Positions 25,722 to 39,300 of a stretch of DNA of 64,000 nucleotides are shown here, piece after piece (position 1 is the first letter of the stretch; every line of letters starts with the position of its first letter). Location of the stretch: contig NIVC01001283.1 of NCBI GenBank assembly GCA_002269645.1, positions 256,491 through 320,490 of the forward strand. Direction: 5' to 3'. The notes under the pieces are model-generated. The model saw only the letters and a list, made by a program, of their open reading frames with translations. It was not told where the DNA came from and did not search any database. A program made the position numbers and the translations under genes. The DNA comes from Macrostomum lignano. Lineage: Eukaryota.

Positions 25722-28133
25722 CCCCGCCAACACTGATGGCACGCCAGGCGTGCCATGGGTCTCATTTAACCATACACTGAGAATACGTGTCTATGGCCCA
25801 GATGGTTTAGCATAAATATGACTTTTCGATATCCCCATAAGTCACGGATGGCATGCTGTGCGTACCATGTTATTTTTTCGCATTTTTTAAACTATATTTG
25901 ACTGCAAGTACAGGATAGATAACAAAAACTTTAAAAACGGACAACAACAGAACAAAAAACAATTAGGTAAACAATATTTAAAACATCGATGAGGCATTTA
26001 GGAGGAGCGTTTTGAATTTCGTATTCTGAACGTAATTAAGTTTTGCACCGTACCACCAGTGCAACTGCTGTGCTGCTGCAGTGTGCCAATTCTGAAAGCA
26101 TGGGACAGCACACAGCCCGGGCTCTCCTGGGCAACCAGCGCATACGAACACCGTTCTTTTGGCCACACCATTGCTGTAGCAGACTCTGCATCGCTTTGTC
26201 GGCCTCGCATTGGCATCTGTCGGCGGCAGCTTCGATGGCGCGTGCTGTCGTGCTGTGAGATGGCCTTGCGCTTCGATGTATTCAGACGTTTGCCCCGGCC
26301 TGTCTGCTCCATGAGAGTACGGATCGCAGCTTCCAAAAATTCAACGAATTTGATATCGCTTCCTCCTTGGCAGTTGCAGATCCAGGCATTGCGGACCAAC
26401 TGCAGCAAAATGTGGAACCCGAGCTTCTGGTGCCATCTGTAGGTTCTTCTCCCCGCACTGTAAGGCTGCAGTGCTGCATCAAGGCGATCAACGCCTCCCA
26501 TGTACTTATTGTACTGCAGCACCGAATTCGGTTTTAAAACTGACTCCTCCGCTCCGCCTCGGATCACTCGCCTCACTTCCGTGCTTTCAGCAACACCGTG
26601 CGTGTCCAACAAGTACACAGTTTTGCGACCGCTTGCCTTCCTGCCTACCAGCTTGACTGCGAGAACATCGCCGCGGCGCATCTGGGAGTGACTGACGGGT
26701 TGTAGGGGCAGCAATTTCAGCTCATTCGGCACACCTCGATTGAGCCTCACCGTCCCAGTCAGTAAAGTACTGCGTTCCAGCAGAAACTGCGCCAGACGGA
26801 GCGATGTGAACCAGCTGTCACAGAAGACCTTGTACCCTAGGTCCAGCAAATTTTTACTTAATTCAACGACGATCTTCTCGCTCATCGATAAATTACCGCA
26901 GTTTAATCCATCTCCAAACTTGTCGTTATCCTGCTTAGCAGCATGTACATGAAAGTTCCACAGAAAACCTGTCGAAGCTTCCGTCAAGCAGTAGACCTTG
27001 ATGCCGAATCTGGCACGCTTGTTGGGCATGAACTGCCGGAAAATGAGCCTGCCCTTGTACATGACCAGTTCTTCATCGACAGACACCTCTTGACGTGGGC
27101 TGTAATTTGCTTGGCAAATATCGCGGGCAATGTTAAGAAAAGGTCGAATCTTTTTCAAGGAGTCCTGTTGGTTGTCGGTGGTGCAGTCGTAAAATCGAAG
27201 GAATGATAATATCTGCACAAACCGATCCCTTCCAAGGCAATGTTCTTTCTGGAAGTATTCGCCGCCGTAGAAGTCTCCCGTGGACCAGTACATGTGCATT
27301 TCGGGCTTCTTCACAAGACCCATGTACAGGATGATTGCTAGTGACTTCTTCACCTCATTGTCGGTACACGGTCTCCAAGTTGATAGCAAATTGGGAAGAG
27401 CTCCGTCCTGATCTTCAGCTGTCAAATGTTGAAGCTCCATGTCAGCTCGGGCGTTGGTCCAGATGCGAATGGCAGACACCAGATCAGCGGTGAGAAAGTG
27501 CTGCAGATAGAATTGCACCTGGGCCATTTTACCTTCAGGAGCTTGTGCTTGGATGTCTGGGTTCAGGCCAGGCACAGCGAGGAATTCGGGCAGATCGCTG
27601 AGACGCGAATCTTCACCATCTTGAGCAGTTGTCCATTCATTCTCGTTGGCGAACTCGACTCCATGCTCAGCTACTTCACCATTACTCTCACCATCTTCCT
27701 CGTCCAGCAACTCTTCATCGACACTCGTATATTCGCTGTCGCTGCCGTCGCTGGTGAAAACAGAACCTTCCATAATTGCAATTGCAGCATCATCAATGTT
27801 GTTAGCCATGATTTTGAGTCTCGCGTAAGTTTAATTAATTATACAGTAAAGTTGCACAAATTTGTGGTATCAGTAAAAATTTACTGCATGATTCTGGACT
27901 GTTTTTACCATAGACAGTTTTAAAATAAACTGTAGTATCAGTCAAGCGCAAATTTTAGGACAGTTGGAACTCAATAGTTAAGTAAGCCAGTCAGTAGTCT
28001 ATGGGAATTTCTTGAGCCGTAAATTGACACAGTGCTCTGTGGCAGTGGGAAAGAGATTGAAGCCCCATGGTACGCGTGGCATGCCATCCGTCAATAGTGA
28101 CTGTGTGCGGAAAAAAGCTCAGTGCGCTACTGG
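25722..28133 (-). mobile_element. piggyBac transposon
   Basis: TTAA at 25718-25721 and 28134-28137; imperfect ends CC-N7-CACTGA; subterminal GATGGCA..CCATG inverted repeats; transposase ORF. Confidence 0.9.
25978..27809 (-). CDS. piggyBac transposase with one frameshift before the cysteine-rich domain
   Basis: VSVDEELVMYKGR, VFCDSWFTS, YNKYMGGVDRLD present; the CRD (ARPTKRCRVC..CAGCPGEPGLCAVPCFQNWH) is in a different frame after ~26250-26350. Confidence 0.9.
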
Positions 28134-28750
28134 TTAAACGCAGCCTCGGACACTCTAACCACAGAATTTGAATTAAACGGCGTTTATTATTTACATAAAT
28201 TCAGAGGTAGATAATGCTAAGTTTGATAATTTTTTGTCTATGTCTCGCCATGCTATACGTGTTGCTCAATGGCGTTGCTTAACAATCAGGCATACGACAG
28301 GCCATACAACAATGCGAGTGTCCACACGGTTCTACCATTGACAATCTACCATTGTCGCAAACTTTCATTTCGACGCAATACCAATTTCAAAACGTTGTTG
28401 TTTAACACTTTTTTTACGATTTTCATAGACAACGAATCGAATAGGAGCAAGTTCATAACAAGCGTATTTATGTAACAGTTTAACAGCATGGAGAAATGAA
28501 TCCTTCATGCTTAACAGTAGCACTACTACGAGCAGTAGTCATATCGGAAAAGACAACATATAAGCCCTCAGCCCGTTACTGACGCCAGCACAGATCCAAA
28601 TTGTTAGTTGTTTAAGGTAAACGTGCAGTTTTCGAAATGGCAATTTTCAAACATTCGTAAAACTTGAGCTTGGATATTTCTAACAGAAAAATGAAAAATC
28701 TATCAAAAAAACACTGGAGGTACATCTCGAAAGTCCTAAAGTTGCGGTTT

Positions 28751-29120
28751 ACGAGGGCTATCCCAAAAATAAGTTTCGCTATACCATAAAAGACCAACTA
28801 GTAAATCCACAATAAAAAAAAACTTTGCTACCGCAAAATGAACTCATATTTACTCTACAAGGTCAACGCATTTCTGCCAGCGGCGCAGCCACGCCTCGAA
28901 GGCAGGGCTGCAACCGCCAATGGCCAGATGCCGGATAGCTGATGAAGCACTATTTATTAATTCCACCGTTGAAACGTTGAAACGGCAAAACGTTGACCAC
29001 GAAGACTCTCCTTTATCCTTGGAAAACGTAGAAGACCGCCGGAGCCAAGTCAGGCGAATAGCGTGGCTGAGACAGAAATTCCAAGCCCCAGAACTCCAGA
29101 GCTCTTCCACTCTTCTTACC
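28751..29120 (-). pseudogene. mariner remnant with TIR
   Basis: TACGAGGGCTATCCCAAAAATAAG mariner-type end at 28751; QPRYSPDLAPAVFYVF and AFEAWLRRWQKCV. Confidence 0.65.
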
Positions 29121-29152
29121 TGCTGAAAGATGCACGTCTTGACTCTGAGTGT

Positions 29153-29437
29153 TCAAGGCTTCTGTTTTGCACACGATGGCTGACCTTCTTTCCCGATTGG
29201 TTGCTTTAAGGTAGCGCTTATTGCTGTCGATGTTTGACAAACAGCGCAATCACTTTTTCTTGAGAGGTACCGTCGAACAGTCCGTTCCGTCTTTTGGCCA
29301 GTAACACACATGATCCTGCTGAGATCGTGACCTGTTTGATTCGTATAGTCACGTGACAAATTTAACTTCTTACTAAGACGTTTCATCATATTGTTCAGCC
29401 GGTTAATTCCGCAAACCTGCTGAGAAGAAAAGCGCAA
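29153..29437 (-). pseudogene. Crypton-like YR C-terminal remnant
   Basis: GINRLNNMMKRLS..SRDYTN..IMCVTGQKTERTVRRY. Confidence 0.7.
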
Positions 29438-29444
29438 TTCTTCT

Positions 29445-30383
29445 TCAAAGACCAGTGATGAACCTTTGAAAAATTATTTGCGCCGTTTTGATGCCGAAAA
29501 TATCGAGCGGAGTGGCCATGACAGTCAGGTCCTTAGACGTCTCGTCGAGCTCTATTTGGTTGTAGGTTTTCTTTAAGTCCAAAATCGTGTAGACCTTACA
29601 ACCTGACACTGCCGCAAATGCCAGGCATGTCTTGATGTACTTCGGCTTGGCCTCGCTCTTGAGCTCTAAGTGTGCCTCTTTGGTGCACTGTCCGAGGGTC
29701 CTGTCCCGCGTTCTGTGTGTCGGAGTGTCCAATTGTGATTGCACTCAGGTCGAAATTTAAAACATCTCTGCCAAGTAAGGCAAAGCGTCTACTCGAAGCT
29801 ACAACTTGGAACGTGACTTGGATTTGTCATTTGTTCCAGACTGCCGGTACAGTCAGTTGGCCTAGCAGGTCAAACTTGTGTTTGTCCATGTAGCCAATCA
29901 GGACTGCCTTGCTCAGTCGTAAGCGAGGTTTGCCGATGCTTTTCCACAAGCTGCTGGACATGACCGAAACTGTAGCGTTGACTCAAGCTGACACTAAACT
30001 TCCTGATCCCGGACTTTGGCGGAGCACACTAGAGATATTGACAGATAGGGGTCGTCATTGACTGCTGCAGCGTGCACCACGGACAGAACATCCGCCGGCT
30101 GTGCGTTTCCCGCCTGCGCCTCATGATTCTGACTCCCTGCTCTTGACTTGCCCATATTCTCAAAGTGGTTCATCTTACCACATTTCCAACAGGCCTTTCC
30201 CATGGCTGACACTGGACTTTTTCCTTGTGTTTTCCACCGCACCTTGGACACTGAAATTCTGAGGCAACGCCCGACGCTGGGTGGAACTCTTTGTCGGTAG
30301 ATCTGCCATGTTTCCACCGTGCTTGTCTGCCTATTTTCATGACCGTCCCTGGTCCAGCCGCAAGAACCCAGACGCAATAACAA
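29445..30383 (-). pseudogene. Gypsy gag/RT remnants
   Basis: Zinc-knuckle-like ACWKCGKMNHF; RT ILDLKKTYNQIELDETSKDLT..FGIKTAQIIFQR. Confidence 0.65.
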
Positions 30384-30666
30384 AAAAATTTTCAGGTTTT
30401 AGGCCATAGACATAAGGATTTGAAATAACGTAGCTGTTATTAAGTGTATTTTAAACAAGAAAAAACGTCGAAACAGACGAAACTGCAAACTAGCAAGGTA
30501 GCAGAAACAGGAAGAAAGACGACCTAGCAGGCGACGACATCATCGGTGGCGTCCAATTCGTCGCCGAATTCTTAGTCGAGGGCGTCCAGATCCGCGGTTG
30601 ACGCTCCAGGGCCGGCTTTTGTGATATGACAACATTGAGCGGCGACGATGGCAGTGCTAGCTGCTG

Positions 30667-30921
30667 CTAGCGGGCGCGTTTGGCCACCGGCGGCGTCAGT
30701 GGTGACGACAGTCGGGATTGGAAGTCGTCGTCGTCGTCGCCGAATAGTTCTCGTTTAATTCTGCTGCTGCTAATCGGCTGGCCCGGTGTCTCTTCGTCAC
30801 TGTCCGGGACCACGATCGCGGTGATCATAACATCATCATCAGCTGCCTGCCGCTCGGCTTCCTCACACGCCTCGATCAAGTCATCGACATCTTCGGTATC
30901 TTCGGCATCGTAGTTGTCCAT
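30667..30921 (-). CDS. Small acidic ORF of unknown function
   Basis: 84 aa open frame MDNYDAED..PVAKRAR in a GC-rich island; GTCTATGG ~140 bp upstream; no recognisable family. Confidence 0.3.
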   Translation of the reverse strand: MDNYDAEDTEDVDDLIEACEEAERQAADDDVMITAIVVPDSDEETPGQPISSSRIKRELFGDDDDDFQSRLSSPLTPPVAKRAR

Positions 30922-31443
30922 GTCGCACCAAATATTCAATTTTTTAATAGGAAAGTGCACCAAAAGAACTAAAACAGCAACAGCAGCGACTAAAGCGTTC
31001 TCTTGGTTTCCTTTCTCCTACTATATATATGACTGGGCACCGCTGTTAATTTTGTTGTCTATGGCTAAAAGACCCTTTTGCTTGACCAAGCAGAAGAAGA
31101 GAGAGCCATATCTATATATATTTTTTTTTAGGAAAAAGTGCTGGGCATCGCTGCGGCGCAGTGCTATTAATATGTTTTGTCTATGACACGAACTCGACAA
31201 CTTGAATACTGATTTACCATGCACGCATGCAGAAAATGAATTTCTTCTAAACCTGCTTTACCATGCAGAGCCGCTTTACTATAGCGCTTTACCAGAGCAC
31301 ACGTTTTCAAAATTGATTTTTTATTTTGGCTATTTTTCACTACTGATGGCTGGTCCTAAGAGTAGTGTGAGAGTAAATTAACCGAGTGACCTTTCTAGTT
31401 ATATAGTATCTGTGGTTTGTAGTCAACATTTTACAGCGAATGT

Positions 31444-32230
31444 TTATTTACTCGCCCCGAAATTGAAGGTGCAGTTCTCAAAGCGGCAGTTACCGAATAT
31501 GCTAGACACCTGACCCTGGCTATTTAGCACTGCAAATGCAAAAATAATTTTTCCTGAATTAGGCTTCTCAAGTTTCCTACTAATAAGAGCTCTCGGTGAC
31601 TGCATGGTTACCTGACTTACCGCTAGATAGATGCACTTCTTGGCTTGTGGTGACAAGTTCATTTGGGGATTTCGTTTTGGCACTGGTCTTCAGACTGGGA
31701 GTCTTTTTGACTGTCGGTTGCTCGGCTGAGTCTATTGGGCGCTCCAAGGCACTGCGTATAGCCGTCGAAGGGGTGAAGACGGCTCGATCGGTAGCGCCGC
31801 ATAGTTCGTTCACTTTTTTGCCCGGTAATACACATGATGTCACTCAGGCTATGACTTTTCTCTTTCAGGTCAGCGATTCTCGTCACTCGTATGCAATGGT
31901 TGGTGTACTCTCGAGACAAGCTGCACCGCTGGCTCAGGCGTTTCATCAGAGAGTTAAATCAATTTATGCCTCGTACTTGTTGAGTAGCGATGCGCAGGTT
32001 ACCAGCCTTGTCGTTCGGTAGAGCTCGTGGGAATTGTCGAGATCAACTGTTCATTGAGGCCATCCACTTCCGGCAGGTCCGGCAGTTCTTCAGTTCCATG
32101 GTCGTTCTCAATCCAATCAATGAAATCCCGCAAGGCCTGGTCATCGTGATGGTCCGTTGAACTAAGCTCAGACAGCAGTTGCAACTCGTCCATCTTGACT
32201 CCGTTTAGCGAGTCCACGGAAAGATTTTTC
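31444..32230 (-). pseudogene. Internally deleted Crypton-like YR gene
   Basis: LSELSSTDHHDDQALRDFIDWI; REYTNHCIRVT..IMCITGQKSERTMRRY; IFGNCRFENCTFNF. Confidence 0.75.
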
Positions 32231-32999
32231 CAATAGGGTGTTTTAATTTTTAAGAATCGCATAACATAATCAAAGACAGACTTTGAGGAAATTGTTTTGT
32301 CTATGGCATATCTAAGTATATGGTAGACCTCGTATAAGCTCTCGTGTGTTTCGTAAATCGCAAAAACAACCAATAGCACCAGAGCAAAAAAGTGTGGAAT
32401 AATGACATGGCGCTGCTTAAAAGTATAAATACAATTCACTTGTATAGTATGTAACTTAATTGAATACTATACAATCTACCTTTATTCTGCTCGTATGAGT
32501 CCTAATGATTGTCCTAATAACGCTATTAGTTCAGGCTTCCAAAGAACACTAGAACCATAAACAAAACGTGCTGAAAAATCAGCCAACATTTTATTTGAAA
32601 CACGTAACAAAAAATACAATAGGCAATAAAGAATGCATAAATGGATGCCTGTCTTCATCTTCAGTACCATTCTAAGGTAACGCTAAGGTAACCGAACGGT
32701 TCCGCCGCGGCCAAGGGCGGACTCAGACGCTCCGGGAGACACTTGTTGCCGACCTGGAGGCAATTGGACTGACCCCCTCCCCCCCAGACTGCTGCGACCT
32801 GCCCTGCCCCTCTTTTTCGCAATCGTGTGCGCGCTAGCGCCCCCCCCCCGATCCTAGCGTCGTTGTAATGTAATGTAATTTAAGGTAACGCTGCACACCA
32901 GCTCGAGCGCACACAAGCGTAGCAGGCGAACACAGACTTCCATCAGCTTTCTTTAGTCCAAATTAGTAAAAACGAAGGTAGTCCCCAATCTTATCCTTT

Positions 33000-33966
33000 G
33001 TCACGTTTTCTACCTCTTCAGCTGTATGCTTGCGAATGAAGTCAACCTCCCTGTTGCATAATTTGTTTTTTGTAGATCGCGGTAACGAGTCCAACTCGAC
33101 TTTGTCCATGTCGGCAGCCACGGACTCGGGTACTTCTGGCAATTCGACTCCCGAAACATAATCTTCAGTGTTTGCCTGAAGATCCGTGAGAAAGTTAATA
33201 AAATTCTTTAGTTCGTCCTCGTCGTTGTGATCCGTAGAGCTTTGTGCAGTATTAAAGCTAGCTCGTTGTCGCTAACTCCATTCAAAGATTTCCAACATTG
33301 AGACGAGAGCCGAATTTTTCTGCTCCTGTCTTAGAAAACAGTCCCTTACAGATATAGTTTTAAGCTTAGGAAAGTCCTAGTCTATGGCCGACATAATTCC
33401 CCTAACTCTTTTATGTGATCTTTTCACCAAAAAACAAAATTCTCGGGACTCGTTTCGGTCATAGAAAATGCGCGTGTGTGGCATGTCTTAGCCGTAGATA
33501 ATGCTCGCAGTCGCGAGTGGCGAAGCATTAGATGGACTCGTCCAATGATTCAATGATTTGAAAACCACTTCACACCGGGCTTGACCAACGGTTGCCAATA
33601 GAAACAGGTCTGGACACTTGAGTAAGTATTTTTTCAAATAGGCTCACATGGCGCCTAACAGAATCGGTAGACTCAAAGTGGACAGCCTTCTTTGGCTTAA
33701 TTCTTTTTGTGACTGGCCAACTCTCCTCCAGCGTTAGTCTTTGAAACACATTTACGGTATACCAAGCACCGTTTCTCGTCTCTAATCTCAATTGACAGAT
33801 AATCGGTTGTCATAGCGCTGTGCTCCTCTCCTCCTCTAAGGACAATATGCAACCAATTTAGATAGAAAAGTGTCCTGAGTAACTTCTTCGGAGTAACATT
33901 GCCCAGCACATTGGTCCAAAAGGTGCATTCAAAAAGTTCTTTTCGGTGCCCTACAAAACTGAACAC
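33000..33966 (-). pseudogene. Crypton-like YR fragments from two copies
   Basis: 33697-33966 TPKKLLRTLFYLNWLHIVLRGGEEH; ~33000-33260 STDHNDEDELKNFINFL..DMDKVELDS. Confidence 0.65.
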
Positions 33967-33974
33967 AAAACAAC

Positions 33975-35045
33975 TGGAACTATGAAAACACTGTTAAATT
34001 GTTTAACATGACTCTGTCACTCAATATATTCACCGCCAATGTCTTTGCACTTTGCCAGCGATGTACCAGACCTCTGATTCCGGAACTCACATCACTCGCG
34101 TCCGTTTGACGAACAGTTAGATTACAAGCAGCTTCGATGTGCTCGACGCTGTCGAATCGAATGCTTCGAAGGTGCCTCTTCACAGATGGAAATAAAAAAA
34201 TTCGCATAGCGAAAAATCAGGCGACTAAGGTGGATATTCGAGCACTTTCCAGCCCCATTTGCTCAGGAGTTCCACGACGTTGTGCTTGCGATGTGCTGGC
34301 GCATCACGCCAGATTCCAGCAGACCAGGGCGCTTCTTTCGTATTTCTGGGCGCAACTTCTCCTGCAGAATCCACTTGTAGTAGTCCCCATTGACGGTGGT
34401 TCCTTGTTGGACTGCCCAGTTCAGCACGATTCCTTGGGAATCAAAAAGCATGACGTGCATGATCTTCATCGCACCCTACTTCCTGATGGCCTTCTGAGGT
34501 CTTGGAGAATGTGCTGGAAGGCATTCGGCAGACTGGGACCTTGTCTCAGGATCCCAGCTGTAAACCCACGTCTCGTCTCCAGCAACAATTCTCGATAAAA
34601 AATCCTCTCCTTCACGATGGAACCGACACAGGTGGCTGCTTGAAGCCACAGTTCGCTGCATATTTTGCTCACCTGTCTGCAGGTGTGGCAACCACCTGCT
34701 GAACTTTTTTTGCAGGTGAAGATGCTCAGTCAGAATGGTGTGGACGCTTCCTACTGACACACGAATGTCTTCTGCCAACTCTTCGCAAGTCCGTCGCCGA
34801 TCATCATCCAGGAGTTCCTGCACTGTCTTCACAGCAGTCTCGTTGGTTGCTGTCATCGGCCTTTCAGAGCGATCATTGTCTTCAACGCTCTCTCGTCCCT
34901 CAGCGAATAGCTGGTACCATTTTCGAACTGTCTGCTCAGTTGGTGCACAGTTGCCAAGCACTTACTGAAGCTCCCTAAACATATCCGGTGGCTTTTTTCC
35001 TTGCAGAAACTGAAACTTCATCAAGCTTCGAACGTCTGGTTTAGA
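33975..35045 (-). pseudogene. mariner transposase pseudogene
   Basis: IVAGDETWVYSWDPET, LFDSQGIV, TVNGDYY, LRPEIRKKRPGLL, FPSVKRHLR; several stops and frameshifts. Confidence 0.85.
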
Positions 35046-35059
35046 ACTGAGGCCTAACA

Positions 35060-35280
35060 ACAGTATACCTAGCAACATTTCTCGTCTCTAATCTCAATTG
35101 ATAGCTCGTAGTTGTTCGATTGTAAGTCAGTTCGGCCTCTCACCTCTCAGGTGCCGAGCTCTCAGATTCAGCTTTTATTTCATTTATCGGTTGCTATATC
35201 TCTCGAGAGTCTCCTCTCTAGTGATGCTCACACGAACAGGCAATTCAGCCTAGCAAACACCATTGACAAATTAATAATAA
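35060..35280 (-). pseudogene. Short YR remnant
   Basis: TTTCTCGTCTCTAATCTCAATTGA is shared with ~33774-33797 (LSIEIRDEK). Confidence 0.4.
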
Positions 35281-35792
35281 ATGTTCTAATAACTTAGAAA
35301 AACTTTTCTGCTGTGCCCCAGCCTTTATCTCTGTTTAATCCCCAGTGTGGCTCAGTCCAGTGTCTATTGTATGTAACGCATTTTATTTTATGGCCGGGTC
35401 AGGAAATATTTCACGGCCGGGCCGTGAAATCAGCTAGTGCAGAACAGTGCCTGGCCGAGCCACACTTAGGTTCAAATATGATAACACCCTCTAGATTTGC
35501 TGTCTATGGCGTAAAGAATGGCTTCGGACTGCGCTTCTAGGCCTCCTCAACCATTCTATACGCCAAAAAAACAAATCTGGGGGGGGGATTTTATCTTATA
35601 CTTATTCCCCACTTGGTCGCACATTTATTTCTTTCTTTGGCCGAGTCATAGAAAAAGGCACCGGGCCAAAGAAGCGGGCCAATAAAAGGTGGAAACGAGT
35701 TTTATTTGGAAACTATAATGCAATTAATAATGAATTTAATAGGGGAGCATGTAGAGTAGCCATATTGTCAATACGGATCAGCCAAACGTAGT

Positions 35793-36022
35793 CTACTCGA
35801 ATATATTGGTCACGCTGTTCGTTTCACCACAGATGTTAATCTTCATTTTCTTAGTTGTTCCCATCATCCCTACCGTCGCAGAAGATTCTCCCTTGACAAA
35901 AGCGATCGAATCAGAGCCTGCTGATTCGTCCGGTTGGTCTCCGTAGGCAGCAGCGACTAAATTTATGTCAGATGGGGGCGAGATGGCCGAGGTCAGGCAA
36001 ACAGACGTAGACTCGACCATCG
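35793..36022 (-). pseudogene. C-terminal part of the YR gene split by the 12 kb insertion
   Basis: Joins in frame across the GACAAGAG TSD to the frame ending ...GHSSAALERYIGVSLSQQKRHSAIHSGSC at 48067. Confidence 0.75.
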
Positions 36023-36329
36023 GACAAGAGCAAAGAGTATTGAGGTCGCCTAGTATAGAGTGCCAATAAGGATGAAAATCTGAAGCCGATTTTTAGAATC
36101 CACCCACCCCTCCGGTCACCAAGCTTTTTAGTCTATGGCACAAGTTGTGGCTAGAATGGTGTACAAAGCCGATGCTCAGAAATATACATAAAGTGCATGA
36201 GAAAAATACAAGTAGCTAATGTAGCTGGACGAATACCATGTATGCTTAAAACGTCCTCAAGACTTTATTTCTGTATCCATACTGTAACTGTACGTACATT
36301 TATTGCATTGTGTAAGGAGAAAAGAAGTT

Positions 36330-39300
36330 ACTACTATATGAACCCGTATGTGTTGATTTTGGAGGGGGGGGTGGGTGTCAACCCTCCTCGCCTCTCATTG
36401 GCTGGCGCCCCGATCACTAGGTGATCGATACCCGTATCGATATCGGCGCTCGGCGCGCGCGCGCCGCAGGCGCGTGGCGCCAAGCGCCGCAGGCGCACCC
36501 TCCCGATATTAGATCCCAATAAATCAATCAGATCCCAAATCAATCAGATCCCAAATCAATCAGATCCCAAATCAATCAGATCCAAGCGCACCCTCCAGAG
36601 CAGCAGGCGTCCATGCCGCAGGCGCCCCTCCCCACCGCACGCGCCCTCCCCCGACATGTATGCCGCAGGCGCCCTCCCCGCCTCAGGCGCCCCTCCCGAT
36701 ATGTATGCGCACTCTCCCTATATGTACACCGATATGTATGCAGCAGGCGCCCGAGTGTACACTCTCCCGATATGTGTGTACACCGATATGTAGTCATCGA
36801 TACGGGCCTCTTCCCCTCTCTCACCTACATCTCAACTAGCGAAATCGAACCCAGGTCGCGCCCATACTAGGACACTACACGGTTGTGGGGTATAGGGAGC
36901 GAGAAGTTTCAACCCTAACGCTGACGCAGCCCTGTACAGTGAGAGTGTACGGGCAGAGAGGGGTGGGGCGGACAGAGAACCAGCCACTAGGTTGTTATAC
37001 TGTTGAAGCATAGGGAGCGAGAAGTTTTAACCCCGATGCTGACGCAGCCCTGTACACTGAGCGTGTACGGGCAGAGGGTGGGTGGAAAGAGATGTGAATA
37101 ACACAGCCTGCTGCAGGAGCCGGATAGAGAGGCGCATGCTAGGACAGAGAGGTAGTGTGAGTCACACACACCCCACAGAGAAAGCCATACAGAGGATAGA
37201 GAGCTCCCTCCCCAGTTGCAGGGGACAGAGAGGCAGGCAGGGTATGCAGGGGCATGCGAACCGTCAAGGGGCCACGCGAGGATAGAGTGGAGGAGCAGAG
37301 ATGTGTTTGGACAGAGAGCCAGCCACGTGTGCGTAGTGTGAGGGAACAGAAACATATGGAGCAGGAGGGAGATAGGAAGCAAACGCGCAGGGTAAGGGAG
37401 CCACACAGGGCGGTACAGTGAGACACGGGCAGGGGTGGAGCCGTGCGTGGACAGAGCTGAACGGCACGGTCAGCTGCAGGAATAGGATGATAGAGAGGCG
37501 CGGAGGGGGACAGAGAGCAGTGTGCAGGGGTAGGCAGCCACGCAGGCTGGGGAACAGAGAGGCGCGTGTCAGCCAGTTGCAGCCCGGGACAGAGAAGTAT
37601 GAAGGGGGCCTGGGACAGAGTTCCGAGCAAGGCACAGAGGTAGGGTCCTGTAGCTATGTATAGGCAGGGAGCCACGCGAGGGCAGGACAGGGGAGCAGAC
37701 ATGCAAGTTGCATGCAAGGCCAGAGAGGTGTGCGCGGAGGGAGACAGAGAGCAGTGTGTAGGGGTAGGTAACAGCAAACTTTAGTAGCGGCGCGTGCGGG
37801 GACGGAGAAACCAGTCAGAGCATACAGAGACGTTACAGAGAGGTACACAAGCAGAGACCAAAGCGAGCAGAGCACATGTGTAGGGACAGAGACGTGAGGG
37901 AGAATCGACCAAAACACGCTATGTATTTTCAAAAGTTGGTTTTAGTGCAACATGTTTAATAGTGGGTAGTATAATAGTATGTACATAGTAGGTATAATAG
38001 TAGTAATAATAGTAAGCATATTAGCCCAAAAGGTAGACTAAAACAGGCTAAACTGTGTGTACGCATCCTCATCACCCCACAAGCCCCCTCTCCCGCCAGA
38101 CTCACTCTACCAAACCCTCCTGTATTGCTGCATGAAGGAAAATATAGTGTAAAAATACAGATCTTAACCGTCAGACCGCTGAAATCAGGGCACACTAGAG
38201 GGGGTTTCGGGGTCTGCATGCTCTATGTAAGCTGCTTGAGGAGGTTCCAAGGGCGTTGTGAGGGTTTCCATTATGTTTTGAAAAAAAACTAGAGGCTTAA
38301 ATACAACGTTTTATTCAAAAGTAGGTTATTTTAATGAAATAGCTGACACAATCATTGTCGAGAGTAGAAATTTTTATAAGAAACCAGGCATTTTAGCAAA
38401 AATAAACCTTCAAACCACATAAAATTGAATAAAAAGCAGACATTTTCAATTATAAACCGCAAGTATTTTAATAGAAAAGTAAGCAAACAAGGCACAAAAC
38501 CAGCAAATTTTACCTTTTTATTTTAATGTTACTGATAAGGTAGAGAGTAGAAACTTGTGAGCTGTACGGAGTTAGAAAGTATTAACCATTATGTATCGTA
38601 TGAATTATTAGTTCAGTACCAGCCATTGGTCAAGCGAGCATTTATGAAGTTATTACGAGTGATGAAGGGATAGAGAGCTATATACAGGAAGACAGTATCC
38701 TTCTAAACCACCACGAACAGATTGCTAATAGAGATAAGCTTTGTCTGTGTGCAGTATGAGTAAGCGAAGGCGGGGCAAATACTTTTCCACATGCCGGACA
38801 GAACAGTATTGTGCTAGGATTTCTCTCGAAATCGCGGTACGTTACTAGTTTTTATCACACCATCCAGATGCGTCAACTAGTCAGCAGTAGTCATTTATAT
38901 GTTATTAGAACTTACAAACCCAGGTCAAGTAAATATTACAAAGAGTATATTACGTACACACGCCAACTCCGAATACCAAGCCATACTAGTCTACTTGCAG
39001 TGCTCCTGGAGGGAAGGGACGGCGGGGTGTACATCCGGCAGGGTGGGCGTCCAGCGAGTGTACATCTGACAGGATGGGTGTTCAGCAAGTGTACATCTGA
39101 CAGGGTGGGCGTTCAGCAAGTGTACCTTCAGCGTCGAGTAGGTGTACACCCGTCAGTGGGAACTCAGCCCCTCCCACCAATGTCGTGTGCATGCGGTTAG
39201 TCAGTATAGTGGTGGGGTAGACGGTGCAGGAAGGAAACCCAGATGCTGACGCTGCCCTGTACAGCGAGCAACCAGCCCTCCTGTAGCAGGAGGGGGACAG

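Larger units (their letters stand above)
25627..28187. repeat. Hairpin element split by the piggyBac insertion
   Basis: Arms ATAAACGCCGTTTAATTCA (25627) and TGAATTAAACGGCGTTTAT (to 28187); removing 25722-28137 restores an ~145 bp imperfect palindrome with a GC-rich centre CTCGGCTCGCTACGCTCGCCTCG. Confidence 0.75.
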
